Assembly: GCA_026395055.1 (NCBI GenBank) | Contig: JAPLZK010000003.1 | Location: 99,855 to 163,854 of the forward strand | Source: Candidatus Uhrbacteria bacterium | Lineage (GTDB): Bacteria; Patescibacteriota; Patescibacteriia; UBA9934; GWF2-40-263 | DNA: 64,000 bases | Reading direction: 5' to 3' | Shown: in pieces, positions 1 through 9,705 of the stretch | How the letters are laid out: every line of letters starts with the position of its first letter | How positions within the stretch are numbered: the first letter of the stretch is position 1 | Notes under the pieces: model-generated | Told to the model about the DNA's origin: nothing | What the model saw: only the letters and a program-made list of their open reading frames with translations | Database searches by the model: none | Position numbers and translations under genes: made by a program

Positions 1-813
1 CTCCTTGGGCGCATCTTAATTGCGAAAGAGGGAATCAATGGAACGGTTGAGGGGCTTGTTGAGAATATTCGCGAGTATGAACGTCGCATGCATACATTTG
101 ATGGGAAACCCGGAACATTCGGTGATTTCTCAGATGTCTGGTTTAAAGGAAGTCCTTCGAATGGAGGTGCGTTTGAGAAGCTCAAGGTGAAGGCACGAAC
201 AGAGATTGTGGCAACGGGATTATCGGATGAAGAAGAACTTGATCCAAACCAAATTACGGGAACACATATTGAAGCAGAGGAATTAAAGCAATGGATTGAA
301 CGTGGAGAAGAATTTGAGATTATCGACATGCGTAATGACTATGAACATGCGGTCGGGCATTTCTCCGGATCTCGTGACAGCGGAATGAAAAACTTCCGAG
401 ATCTTCCAAATATTGCTTCGCTTCATGAAGATATCAAAGAGAAAAAAGTCTTAACGGTTTGTACGTATGGAGTGCGCTGTGAAAAAGCGTCTGGGTATCT
501 GAAACAGAAGGGTTTCAAAAATGTGTATCAATTGCACGGGGGCATTGGTACGTATATGAAGAAATACCCTGGCCAAGATTTTCTTGGATCTCTCTATGTA
601 TTTGATGACCGCATGACGGAACAATTCACAGATCACTATCAAAAGATTGGAACATGTGTGGTCTGTGCCGCTACCAGTGAACGATTCGGAAATTGTGCCT
701 GGTCAGACTGTCACAAACAGCTCATTATTTGCGAGGCGTGTGCGCCAAACAAAACGACCATTTATTGCGGAAAAGACTGCGAATTATCGCACATGAAGGG
801 GGTTGCCAAATAA
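1..813 (+). CDS. trhO: rhodanese-domain tRNA uridine(34) hydroxylase TrhO/YceA family (UPF0176), 5' end cut by window edge
   Basis: ORF 88..813 stays open in frame back to position 1 (LLGRILIAKEGINGTVEG... precedes first Met); rhodanese-like core plus C-terminal Cys-rich tail (CVVCAATSERFGNCAWSDCH...CEAC). Confidence 0.65.
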   Translation, partial: LLGRILIAKEGINGTVEGLVENIREYERRMHTFDGKPGTFGDFSDVWFKGSPSNGGAFEKLKVKARTEIVATGLSDEEELDPNQITGTHIEAEELKQWIERGEEFEIIDMRNDYEHAVGHFSGSRDSGMKNFRDLPNIASLHEDIKEKKVLTVCTYGVRCEKASGYLKQKGFKNVYQLHGGIGTYMKKYPGQDFLGSLYVFDDRMTEQFTDHYQKIGTCVVCAATSERFGNCAWSDCHKQLIICEACAPNKTTIYCGKDCELSHMKGVAK

Positions 814-910
814 CCCTTTTTTTGTTACACTTCCGGCGTCCTTGAGGATTGATGTATTTCAACAATCAAGACAATGGCGCCCTTTCTAATTCACCTAACC
901 GATCTCACCT

Positions 911-1159
911 ATGATGCTTTTTTTCATTGGTCTTGTTGAAATGGTCATTGCGACCACTTGGACAAGATTTGTATCACGGGGACAATTGTTCGCAAGTTCG
1001 TTTATTACGTTTGTGAACATCCTGATCTGGTATTATGTCCTGCGACAAATCATTTCTGATTTGGGCGACTGGTCCATTATCGTGCTTTATGCCGCCGGTT
1101 GCGCAACCGGAACCCTCTTGGCCATGTATTTCCTTGACCGAAATCCGCTCAAAGAATAA
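911..1159 (+). CDS. small hydrophobic membrane protein, function unknown
   Basis: 82-aa ORF with two predicted TM helices; no recognised motif. Confidence 0.35.
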   Translation: MMLFFIGLVEMVIATTWTRFVSRGQLFASSFITFVNILIWYYVLRQIISDLGDWSIIVLYAAGCATGTLLAMYFLDRNPLKE

Positions 1160-1248
1160 TCGCTCCAGAAGTGAATACCTGTTGGACACTTTATGAATCC
1201 AGAACAATCTGCAGACCCTGAGCCCACATAAAAAGACCACTTCAAGCG

Positions 1249-1719
1249 TTAGCGATGAGTGGTCTTTTTGTTTTTCTTTGTGCAGGCTTTGCAGATTCCA
1301 AAGAGTTCCATGGCATGTTCGTGAATAGACGCGAACTTTTTTGTTTGTTTCAAAACACGTTTGATGATCTTCTCAGTTTCACATTCTTCAAAATTTTCGA
1401 CGAGGCCGCAAGAGACGCAGACGAGGTGATGGTGATCGTCTTCATCACGAGCGAGTTCGTAATCGATGTGGCCGTGGCGGAGATTCACCTCACGAATGAT
1501 GCCGGCTTCGAGGAAAGATTGGATAATTCGATAAATAGTTGCTTGATTCGCAACCTGATTGTCGATGCTGTCACAAATTTCTTGGGAGCTGATCGGATGA
1601 ACGATTCCTTTTAACAGAGAAAGAACAGCAAAGCGTGGTTGAGTAATCTTAAAACCATGAAGATTTAAGATTTGTGCTTCAATACTGTCCATGTCCAAAA
1701 GTGGGGAAGCTGATTTCAT
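1249..1719 (-). CDS. zur: Fur-family metalloregulator, probably zinc uptake regulator Zur
   Basis: ORF 1249..1818 trimmed to Met34 (MKSASPLLDMDSIEAQILN...); winged-helix N-terminus, HHHLVCVSCG and C-terminal CxxC metal sites; divergent from znuABC. Confidence 0.75.
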   Translation of the reverse strand: MKSASPLLDMDSIEAQILNLHGFKITQPRFAVLSLLKGIVHPISSQEICDSIDNQVANQATIYRIIQSFLEAGIIREVNLRHGHIDYELARDEDDHHHLVCVSCGLVENFEECETEKIIKRVLKQTKKFASIHEHAMELFGICKACTKKNKKTTHR

Positions 1720-1755
1720 AGTTGACGATATCCTATCAACTGCTATCATATTTGT

Positions 1756-1776
1756 AAATGCGAATGATTCGCATTT
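1756..1776. promoter_or_regulatory. candidate Zur/Fur operator
   Basis: 21-bp palindrome AAATGCGAAT-G-ATTCGCATTT, perfect 10-bp arms, about 37 bp upstream of zur start and in the zur/znuA divergent region. Confidence 0.5.
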
Positions 1777-1953
1777 AGAAAAAGTGCTTTTCGAACAAGA
1801 TACACACAACGATCGCATTTAGTCTCCCTCTTTTTCTATTTTTGATCTAAGCAGATACCCGCCGTTTCAGAACAAACGTCATCGACGTAACAACGATTCT
1901 TTTCTTTTATAAGGCTGTGGCCTTCGCCCCTTCTCGTTCACTAAAAATCTCCT

Positions 1954-2892
1954 ATGAAAAAAAATACAATCGTCATCATGATCCTTTTATGTGTTGCCAG
2001 CCTCTTTATCTGGTTGCTTGCGTCACATCCAACTCCAACACAACACCAAACATCTTTAGAGGCAAAAATACACATCGTCGCCAGCTTTTATCCTGTCGCA
2101 GAATTTGCGCGTGCCGTTGGAGGGGAACTTGTTGATGTAACAACCATTACACCGGCCGGGACAGAGCCCCATGACTACGAACCAAATGCGCAACAGGTCT
2201 CCTCTGTTTATTCATCTGATATTTTTCTGTACAATGGTGGGGGAGTAGACGCATGGGCAACACGCATTGCGTCTGATGTTGCATTACACAGGAGTACTGT
2301 TGTTGAGTTAAGCAAAACAATTCCTGTTGTTCAGCCGGCCGCAGGCAGTGAAGATCCAAATGCAGTCTTCGATCCACACTTCTGGCTTGATCCCGTTCTT
2401 GCTCAGAAAGAAGTTTTGTTGATTGAACAAACACTTGCACAGAAAGATGCATTGCATGCAGAACTCTATAAAAAAAATGCGGACGACTACGTGGCAAAAT
2501 TGATCGAACTCGATCAGTCATACAAGACAGGACTCTCTTCCTGTAAAAATAACACGGTTGTCACATCGCACGCAGCATTTGCTTATCTTGCAAAAGAGTA
2601 TGACTTTGAAGTGATTCCCATTAGCGGATTTTCCCCTGAGGAAGAACCGTCTGCAGGGAGATTAGCGGAGATTGCAAAGCTTGCGAAACAAAAGAACATA
2701 AAATATATCTATTTTGAAACACTTGCGAGTCCAAAACTTTCCGAAACAATTGCGCGAGAGATCGGGGCGAAGACCCTTGTCTTTAATCCGCTTGAGGGTG
2801 TGTCTGCGGAAGATCAAGCACTTGGAAAGAATTATCTGACAATCATGCAGGAGAATTTAACAAATCTTAAAACAGGAATGGTGTGCCAGTAA
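1954..2892 (+). CDS. znuA: ABC transporter periplasmic metal-binding protein, ZnuA/TroA family
   Basis: N-terminal signal/TM, conserved HDYEP motif, TroA-like fold signature. Confidence 0.8.
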   Translation: MKKNTIVIMILLCVASLFIWLLASHPTPTQHQTSLEAKIHIVASFYPVAEFARAVGGELVDVTTITPAGTEPHDYEPNAQQVSSVYSSDIFLYNGGGVDAWATRIASDVALHRSTVVELSKTIPVVQPAAGSEDPNAVFDPHFWLDPVLAQKEVLLIEQTLAQKDALHAELYKKNADDYVAKLIELDQSYKTGLSSCKNNTVVTSHAAFAYLAKEYDFEVIPISGFSPEEEPSAGRLAEIAKLAKQKNIKYIYFETLASPKLSETIAREIGAKTLVFNPLEGVSAEDQALGKNYLTIMQENLTNLKTGMVCQ

Positions 2893-3644
2893 AAAAGAAA
2901 TCGCCAATTATCGCCGTGCATAATTTAACGTTTGAGCGTGGACAAGAACATGTCATCCACGATTTTTCGTTTGAGATTCATGCAGGAGATTACGTTGGGG
3001 TCATTGGGCCAAACGGAGGGGGAAAAACAACCCTTCTGCGTTTGTTGCTCGGACTTTTGGTCCCACATCATGGAGAGATTACTATTTTGGGTGGACGCCC
3101 AACAGACAGATCTGTGCGCAGACAAGTTGGGTATGTTGCACAGCGCGGCGGAAGTATTGATCCGCAATTTCCCGCAACCGTTGAAGAAGTTGTTCGTTCA
3201 GGGAGAACGGCACAGCACGGATTGTTTGGACGCATCGGAAAAAAAGACGAGGCTGCCATTCAACACGCCATTAAAATGATGGGAATTGAACCACTCTTAC
3301 ACAGATCCATTGGAAAACTTTCTGGTGGGGAACGGCAAAAGGTTTTACTTGCACGTGCCCTTGCCGGTGAACCAAAGATTTTATTTCTCGATGAACCTGT
3401 GGATGGTTTAGATCCCACTTCACGTGATGAATTTTACGCACTGCTCAGAAAACTCAACAAAGATGGGCTTACAATCATCTCGGTTTCACATGATGTCCAT
3501 ACCGTTTCACAAGAAGCACGATCTGCGATTTGTTTGAAACACCAACTCGTTTGTCATGGATCAAAGGCGTGTCTCATCGGACAAGAAGAATTAAGAGATC
3601 TTTTTCACAAGGATCGCAAAGAGTTGTTACATCATCACCACTAA
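2883..3644 (+). CDS. znuC: zinc/manganese ABC transporter ATP-binding protein
   Basis: Walker A GPNGGGKTT, signature LSGGERQ, Walker B LFLDEP, His-rich C-terminus. Confidence 0.85.
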   Translation: MPVKKKSPIIAVHNLTFERGQEHVIHDFSFEIHAGDYVGVIGPNGGGKTTLLRLLLGLLVPHHGEITILGGRPTDRSVRRQVGYVAQRGGSIDPQFPATVEEVVRSGRTAQHGLFGRIGKKDEAAIQHAIKMMGIEPLLHRSIGKLSGGERQKVLLARALAGEPKILFLDEPVDGLDPTSRDEFYALLRKLNKDGLTIISVSHDVHTVSQEARSAICLKHQLVCHGSKACLIGQEELRDLFHKDRKELLHHHH

Positions 3645-3645
3645 T

Positions 3646-4449
3646 ATGCTCGAAATTCTTACCTTAGAGTTTATGCGTCGAGCATTTGCCGTCGGACTCG
3701 TGGTGGCACTTGTTGCGCCAACGATCGGCTTATTTTTTGTCGTACGCCGTTACAGTGCGATTGCAGATACGCTTGCGCACATGTCCCTTGCGGGTGTTGC
3801 TCTTGCGCTTGTTACCGGTCTTGCAGCAATCCCAACAGCGCTTGTTGTTTCAGTTGTATCCGTACTTGGAATAGAAAAAATGCGTGAACGGAAAACCCTT
3901 CCGGCAGAAACAATCGTTTCTTTGTTTTTATTTGGTGGTTTGGCTGTTGGTGTTGTTCTTCTTGGTCTTGCTCGAGGAAAAAATGTGAACGTCATGAATT
4001 ATCTTTTCGGAAATATCGTAACGGTTACGAACGCGGATATTCTCTCGGTCAGCATGATTGGGGGAGCGGCGTTTTTCATCGCCCTCATCTTGTGGCGATC
4101 CTTATTTGCGGTTTCCATTGATGAAGACACGGCAGAAGCAAATGGAATTCCTGTGAAGTGGTTGAATCGAATTTTGGCAATCTTGGGGGCGGCAACCATC
4201 GCGATCTCCATGAATGTCGTGGGTGTTCTCTTGATTGGTGCACTTATGGTGATCCCCGTCCTTGCAGCCATGCAATTCAAACAAGGATTTCATACAACAT
4301 GGGTTATTTCTCTTTGTGTTTCCATTCTTTCTGTTGTGAGTGGACTTCTTGCCTCGTATTATTACGATCTCGCAAGCGGAGGAACAATCGTTCTTGGAAC
4401 CATTGCGTGTTTTATTCTTGCTTCCATTTTTTCTAAAGCATCGGTATGA
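3646..4449 (+). CDS. znuB: ABC-3 family metal transporter permease
   Basis: 267 aa polytopic membrane protein directly after znuC; ABC-3 permease-like. Confidence 0.8.
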   Translation: MLEILTLEFMRRAFAVGLVVALVAPTIGLFFVVRRYSAIADTLAHMSLAGVALALVTGLAAIPTALVVSVVSVLGIEKMRERKTLPAETIVSLFLFGGLAVGVVLLGLARGKNVNVMNYLFGNIVTVTNADILSVSMIGGAAFFIALILWRSLFAVSIDEDTAEANGIPVKWLNRILAILGAATIAISMNVVGVLLIGALMVIPVLAAMQFKQGFHTTWVISLCVSILSVVSGLLASYYYDLASGGTIVLGTIACFILASIFSKASV

Positions 4450-4853
4450 AATTTCAAACCGCGTTTGTAGCAATCTTGACGGTTTACCTTGTGAACCAGG
4501 TGTTGAACTCCTTTGGGGTGTATGGGTTTTTTCCAAACATCGATATCCCCATGCATTTCCTTGGCGGTTTTACCATGAGCATGCTTGGTTACGCGCTGTA
4601 TCAGAAGGGAATCAAGAAACAAAAATTACCAGAATGGTTCGCATATCTGTTCATTGTCAGCTTTGGTTTGTTCATCGGAGTCTTCTGGGAAATTCATGAA
4701 TGGATTTTGGATCACACGATTCACACATGGCGACATGTGGCGTTTTCACAGAGTTCAAATGATGACACGATGAAAGATCTATTAGATGATTGGCTTGGTG
4801 CGAGTGTTTCCTATCTCACGTTTCGAAAAAGCAAAATACAGAAACAGCCTTGA
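4446..4853 (+). CDS. hypothetical membrane protein
   Basis: ATGA overlap with znuB; 4 predicted TM helices. Confidence 0.4.
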   Translation: MKFQTAFVAILTVYLVNQVLNSFGVYGFFPNIDIPMHFLGGFTMSMLGYALYQKGIKKQKLPEWFAYLFIVSFGLFIGVFWEIHEWILDHTIHTWRHVAFSQSSNDDTMKDLLDDWLGASVSYLTFRKSKIQKQP

Positions 4854-4936
4854 GGGGCTGTTTTAGCCTGGGAATTCTCGATTGCACAGCATAGCTTGTC
4901 AGATGAAGACGAGACCGCTATACTCACCCCGGTTCA

Positions 4937-5299
4937 TTGACGGAGGAGCTCATGCCGCACGCGCTTAATCTTGTTGTGATCTATACGGCAAAGCTTGAGG
5001 AGGTAAAGGCATTTTACGAAAAGCTTGGGATTAAGTTCGTGGCGGAAAAACATGGGAATGGTCCAGAACATTTCTCCGCCACGTTTGCGAATCGTGTTCT
5101 GTTTGAGATCTACCCTGGGAAGAAAAGCAAGGGCGGTATCGGATTTGAGACGATTCGATACAATGAACTCTCGCTTCGCGTCATCACAGAAGCTATGACG
5201 CCAACATTCGAAATCCACCACGGTCGTCGTTATGTGATCTTGCATGATCCAGATGGCCGCCGCGTTCAGATTGTTGAATCAATATCTTCACCGCGCTAA
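4937..5299 (+). CDS. VOC (glyoxalase/bleomycin-resistance) family protein
   Basis: single betaalphabetabetabeta module, ...VILHDPDGRRVQIVE C-terminus. Confidence 0.55.
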   Translation: MTEELMPHALNLVVIYTAKLEEVKAFYEKLGIKFVAEKHGNGPEHFSATFANRVLFEIYPGKKSKGGIGFETIRYNELSLRVITEAMTPTFEIHHGRRYVILHDPDGRRVQIVESISSPR

Positions 5300-5325
5300 C
5301 TCACCCGAAAGGATGAGTTTTTTCT
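5298..5325 (+). terminator. weak intrinsic terminator after VOC gene
   Basis: stem AACTCA/TGAGTT with 10-nt loop followed by TTTTTTC. Confidence 0.3.
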
Positions 5326-5367
5326 TATCTTTTCTTTGAGGAAAAAACGTGTTAGCATTTCCCTAAC

Positions 5368-5700
5368 ATGAAACATCTTACACTCATGATTCTCGCCGCA
5401 ATCCTCTTTGTTGGACTTACCTATGCAGGGAAGTCGCTTTTTGGCATGGATGACGGAATGCAGATGGGGAATATTGAGTGTGTGAATCACTGTATTGATA
5501 CGTCTGTATTTCCAAGTGTTCCCTCAACAGCGCTCCCGGTTCTCTTGTTCGTTCTTGTATTTCTTGCGCGCGAGATTCTTCGCTGCGCTCAGAATGACAC
5601 AAGTGGACGTTTCAATACGGCACAATATGTCCGTCTGACCGAACCAATACGCCTTTCTCTTCGTGGGAACACATTTTCTCCTGTCATGATCCGAGATTAG
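5368..5700 (+). CDS. hypothetical small secreted/membrane protein (doubtful)
   Basis: 110-aa ORF with N-terminal signal-like and one internal hydrophobic segment; no SD; low support. Confidence 0.2.
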   Translation: MKHLTLMILAAILFVGLTYAGKSLFGMDDGMQMGNIECVNHCIDTSVFPSVPSTALPVLLFVLVFLAREILRCAQNDTSGRFNTAQYVRLTEPIRLSLRGNTFSPVMIRD

Positions 5701-5749
5701 ACCAAACATCTGATTTGTTTTAAGTCATGTATTGTTTGGTTTTTGTTTT

Positions 5750-6808
5750 ATGCAAAGTTTTACGTTTATTTCCGCTCTTTTACTTGGGTTTGTTGCAGGA
5801 AGTTCGTCCTGTCTTGCTGTCTCTGGTGGATTGTTGTTATCCATGATTGGAAAGTCACATGACAGACTAGGCGCCATGTCAAAAAGTGCACGCATGCGTT
5901 TTACGTGGTCTTTTGTGATCGGACGTATTGCGGCGTACACCATTCTTGGTGGAGTGATTGGCATCATTGGCTCCTCGTTTACCTTTTCCCCTTGGGTAAC
6001 CGGTGTGATCACCCTTCTTGCTGCGGCGTACATGATTATCGCTGGACTCGAAATGCTGCAGATGGCGCCGAACTGGTTGAAATGCGCGATTCCACGTCCG
6101 CCAAAGTGGTTGTCGAATAAAATTCTGGATAGTGATGGAAACCCAAATCCATTCGCGCCATTCTTGCTTGGTGCCGCAACATTTTTCTTGCCATGTGGAT
6201 TCACACAATCCTTACAAATTTACGCACTGACGACGGCAAGTTTTACAACAGGCGCTTTGATTCTTGGAGCGTTTGCCATTGGAACCGCGCCTGCACTTCT
6301 TGCGCTTGGATTTGCTTCTGGTGCATTGAACGGAAAAACAGGGAAGTTTGTTCTGAAAATTGCGGGTGTCTTTATTTTATATCTTGCGATGGGAAATATT
6401 CAGAATGGACTCACGCTCCTTGGGCACCCAATCTCATTTGCCTCAGCTGCGCCTTCTGCCGGATACCGTGTCACGTCCACTGGAATTGACGCAGGATCTC
6501 CAACCACAAATACCCAAGCACCCATCTTGGAACAAAATGGTGTTCAACAGTTGCGTCTCGCCATAACAGACACAGCACCTTTTTATGCTCCATCAAATCA
6601 ACTGACCGCAACCGCTGGGAAACCGGTTCATCTTGAAATTGATGGTGTTGCAGGTGGTTGCCGTAGTGTCTTTCAAATTCCAGGCGTTGGAGTTCAAATG
6701 TTATTGAATCAAGAAAAAAATGTTGTCGATTTTACTCCAACAAAACCAGGGTCTTATCCCTTTAGTTGTTCCATGGGTATGTATCGTGGAACGTTAAACG
6801 TACTCTAA
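5750..6808 (+). CDS. polytopic permease (TauE/SafE- or CcdA-like fold, family uncertain) with C-terminal cupredoxin-like domain
   Basis: ORF 5732 (TTG) trimmed to ATG 5750; N-terminal ~230 aa multi-TM with LPCGF motif; C-terminal ~110 aa beta-rich domain ending GSYPFSCSMGMYRGTLNV; immediately upstream of copA. Confidence 0.5.
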   Translation: MQSFTFISALLLGFVAGSSSCLAVSGGLLLSMIGKSHDRLGAMSKSARMRFTWSFVIGRIAAYTILGGVIGIIGSSFTFSPWVTGVITLLAAAYMIIAGLEMLQMAPNWLKCAIPRPPKWLSNKILDSDGNPNPFAPFLLGAATFFLPCGFTQSLQIYALTTASFTTGALILGAFAIGTAPALLALGFASGALNGKTGKFVLKIAGVFILYLAMGNIQNGLTLLGHPISFASAAPSAGYRVTSTGIDAGSPTTNTQAPILEQNGVQQLRLAITDTAPFYAPSNQLTATAGKPVHLEIDGVAGGCRSVFQIPGVGVQMLLNQEKNVVDFTPTKPGSYPFSCSMGMYRGTLNVL

Positions 6809-6809
6809 T

Positions 6810-9116
6810 ATGTCCACCAAAAAAACAGTCGCGATTCGCGGCATGCATTGTGCAAGCTGCTCTCTTACGATTGAACGCGCACTCAAAAAAATGGAAGGGG
6901 TTGAATCAGCAGAGGTAAGTTATGGCACAGAAAAAGCCAAGATTGTTTTTGATGAATTGAAGGTGGATATTGCAAAGATGTCCAAAGTTATTGATCCACT
7001 TGGTTACACGCTCGTTGAAGAACAACCAGCTGCCGCGTCTATGAACATGTCTGCGGAATCCATGGGGATGTCGGAGAGTGAACATGCAGCGCATCTTGGA
7101 TTGAATCAAACCAAAAAAGAAAAGCTTGCAGAGCTTCATCAAATGAAGGTCATGTTGTTTTCTGTCATTCCACTTGCGATTGTTAGCCTCTTTCTCATGG
7201 GTTGGGATCTTTTTGCGCAATTGAAACTTGTTGCGGAGATGTCTTATGCAACAAAAGAATTCTTTCATCATCTGATGCCACTTTTTGCTACGTACACACT
7301 GTTCGTAGTTGGAAAGCCCTATCTTCTCGGATTATATCGATTTATCCGATATGGCAAGGCAAACATGGACACGCTTATTGGAATGGGAACGCTCGCGGCA
7401 TTTATTTATAGTTTTGTCGTGACGGCATTTGAAGAACAGTTGCGTCCATTTTTGAATGTGGATGTGACGTATTACGATGTAACGATTGTTGTAATCGCAT
7501 TCATTGCTCTCGGGAAGTATCTCGAGGTTCGATCTAAGTTGAAGACGGGAGATGCGATTGAGGCGTTGCTGACATTACAGGCAAAGACCGCGCTTGTTGT
7601 TCGAGATGGAATGGAAATGGAGCTTCCGCTCGACCAAGTTGTTCACGGAGATATTCTTATTGTAAAACCCGCAGGAAAGATTCCTGTCGACGGCATCGTT
7701 CTTGAGGGAGCATCGTACGTGGATGAGGCAATGATCACGGGAGAACCGATTCCTGTTTCGAAATCTGTAAACGATCGCGTGATTGCGGGAACGATGAACA
7801 CAACCGGATCAGTTACCATGCGCGCCACAAAGATTGGTGCAGAGACCATGCTCGCGAGAATTATCCAAATGGTAGAGGACGCGCAGGGAAGTAAGGCGCC
7901 TATTCAAGCGCTTGCCGACAAGATCTCTGGTGTGTTTGTTCCGATTGTTCTTGTGATTGCATTTGTCTCGCTCGGTCTTTGGCTTATCCTCGGCACGCGT
8001 GCAATTGGATTCTCACAAGCTCTGTCGATCGGCCTTACGTGTTTTGTAGGTGTGCTTGTCATTGCTTGTCCGTGTGCGCTCGGTCTTGCGACACCAACAG
8101 CAATCATTGTTGGTGTTGGCAAAGGTGCACGCGAAGGAATTCTGATTAAGGATGCTGCTACACTCGAGAAACTGCACCAAGTGAATGTGGTTGTGGTCGA
8201 TAAGACCGGAACGATTACAAAAGGAAAACCTGAGGTTGTTGGAGGAACATCTGATCACGATCATCTTTCAATTCTCGCATCTCTCGAATCAAAGTCTGAG
8301 CATCCTATCGCGACCGCAATCATTGCGCATGCGAAGGCGAACAACATTGGTGTTCAAGCTGTGACGGACTTCGAAGTCATAAAGGGGAAAGGACTTCGTG
8401 GACAGATTGTGGGAAAAGAATATTTTGCTGGGAATACAAAGCTGATGGAAGATTTGAAGTTGCTTCTCGAACGACAATTGATCGAAGCAGCAACGCTCGA
8501 GGGAAAGACGCCCGTTATTCTCGCGACACGTTCCGAGATTCTCGGAATCGTTTACGTTGCGGATGCGATTAAGCCTGAAGCGATTGAAGCCGTTCGTGCA
8601 CTGCACAAACGTGGAATCAAGGTTGTTATGCTCACGGGTGATCATCACAACACCGCACAGTTTATTGCAACACAAGCGGGCATTGATGATGTTGTGTCTG
8701 AAGTTATGCCAGCTGATAAACTTGTGAAGATCAAAGAATTGCAATCACTAGGGAACGTTGTCGCCATGGCGGGCGATGGAATCAATGATGCTCCCGCACT
8801 CGCACAAGCAGATGTCGGGATCGCGATGGGAACGGGAACCGATGTTGCGATCGAATCATCGGGAATCACATTGCTCGGCGGCGACCTCTCGAAGCTTGTG
8901 AAAGCCATTCGTCTTTCCGAGATCACGATGCGAGGAATCAAACAGAATTTATTCTGGGCATTCTTTTATAACATTGTTGGCATCCCACTTGCGGCCGGAT
9001 TATTCTACCCATTCTTCGGATTATTACTGAACCCAATTTTTGCAGGTGCAGCAATGGCATTCTCGAGCGTGAGTGTTGTAGGAAACTCCCTTCGACTAAA
9101 AACAAAAAAACTTTAG
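6810..9116 (+). CDS. copA: copper-translocating P1B-type ATPase
   Basis: N-terminal HMA GMHCASC, TM CPC motif (IACPCALGLATP), DKTGTIT phosphorylation site, GDGINDAP. Confidence 0.9.
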   Translation: MSTKKTVAIRGMHCASCSLTIERALKKMEGVESAEVSYGTEKAKIVFDELKVDIAKMSKVIDPLGYTLVEEQPAAASMNMSAESMGMSESEHAAHLGLNQTKKEKLAELHQMKVMLFSVIPLAIVSLFLMGWDLFAQLKLVAEMSYATKEFFHHLMPLFATYTLFVVGKPYLLGLYRFIRYGKANMDTLIGMGTLAAFIYSFVVTAFEEQLRPFLNVDVTYYDVTIVVIAFIALGKYLEVRSKLKTGDAIEALLTLQAKTALVVRDGMEMELPLDQVVHGDILIVKPAGKIPVDGIVLEGASYVDEAMITGEPIPVSKSVNDRVIAGTMNTTGSVTMRATKIGAETMLARIIQMVEDAQGSKAPIQALADKISGVFVPIVLVIAFVSLGLWLILGTRAIGFSQALSIGLTCFVGVLVIACPCALGLATPTAIIVGVGKGAREGILIKDAATLEKLHQVNVVVVDKTGTITKGKPEVVGGTSDHDHLSILASLESKSEHPIATAIIAHAKANNIGVQAVTDFEVIKGKGLRGQIVGKEYFAGNTKLMEDLKLLLERQLIEAATLEGKTPVILATRSEILGIVYVADAIKPEAIEAVRALHKRGIKVVMLTGDHHNTAQFIATQAGIDDVVSEVMPADKLVKIKELQSLGNVVAMAGDGINDAPALAQADVGIAMGTGTDVAIESSGITLLGGDLSKLVKAIRLSEITMRGIKQNLFWAFFYNIVGIPLAAGLFYPFFGLLLNPIFAGAAMAFSSVSVVGNSLRLKTKKL

Positions 9117-9120
9117 AAAC

Positions 9121-9142
9121 AAAAAACCGCATGAGGATGCGG
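9121..9142 (-). terminator. intrinsic terminator for minus-strand gene 9148..9639 (hairpin also follows copA)
   Basis: CCGCAT-GAGG-ATGCGG hairpin with A6 on + side (T-run on minus strand). Confidence 0.45.
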
Positions 9143-9147
9143 ACAGA

Positions 9148-9639
9148 TCAGTGCATGTCTTGCTCCAGAGAGGAGAAGTTCATGAGTTCTGGTTGAAGAA
9201 AGTTCGTAGCGTAGAAGGTGATACAGAAATCATTGGGACGATTCCTGTTTTTGTGATGCGTTGAGACAACAATTGTTAACTGTTGGTTCCACGCGTCTTC
9301 AAGTTCTCGCATGTATGCTTTCAAGCTCGTGAATCGTCCTTGTCCGAATCGTTTTCGAATCATGTACGGCTCTACGAAAACCCGGTTCCCTAAACCTTGC
9401 AAGGTGTTGTCGACGACGTGTGAAAGAAACGGAGGGAGTTGCCACCAATAGTTTGGTCCATCAAATTCAAGCCAGTTCTGAGAACGGGCGAATCGAACGA
9501 GATGTGGTGGCATGGCGAGAAGAAGATCTCGAGCCAGGTTTTCCCAAAGCCGTCTGTCAAAACCGTTGCGTTCACGATAGGTTGCGTCTGTCTCAAGGAG
9601 CGAAAAGGTGCGTTCAAGTGGTCGCGTTGCAAGGAACAT
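9148..9639 (-). CDS. hypothetical protein
   Basis: ORF 9148..10257 trimmed to Met207 so that it does not overlap the ABC-F gene; no recognised domain. Confidence 0.3.
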   Translation of the reverse strand: MFLATRPLERTFSLLETDATYRERNGFDRRLWENLARDLLLAMPPHLVRFARSQNWLEFDGPNYWWQLPPFLSHVVDNTLQGLGNRVFVEPYMIRKRFGQGRFTSLKAYMRELEDAWNQQLTIVVSTHHKNRNRPNDFCITFYATNFLQPELMNFSSLEQDMH

Positions 9640-9705
9640 GAGAACCCCCAAAGCGAGTGTGTCTGTATCGTAAGAACATTCGATTGATTCGTCAATGAAA
9701 AAAGA

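Noticed and set aside
1255-1614. 119-aa + strand ORF antisense to zur
   Set aside because: The Fur-family frame on the minus strand has clear metal-binding motifs.
5725-6204. 159-aa minus-strand ORF antisense to the permease-cupredoxin gene
   Set aside because: Overlaps a coherent multi-TM coding frame on the + strand.
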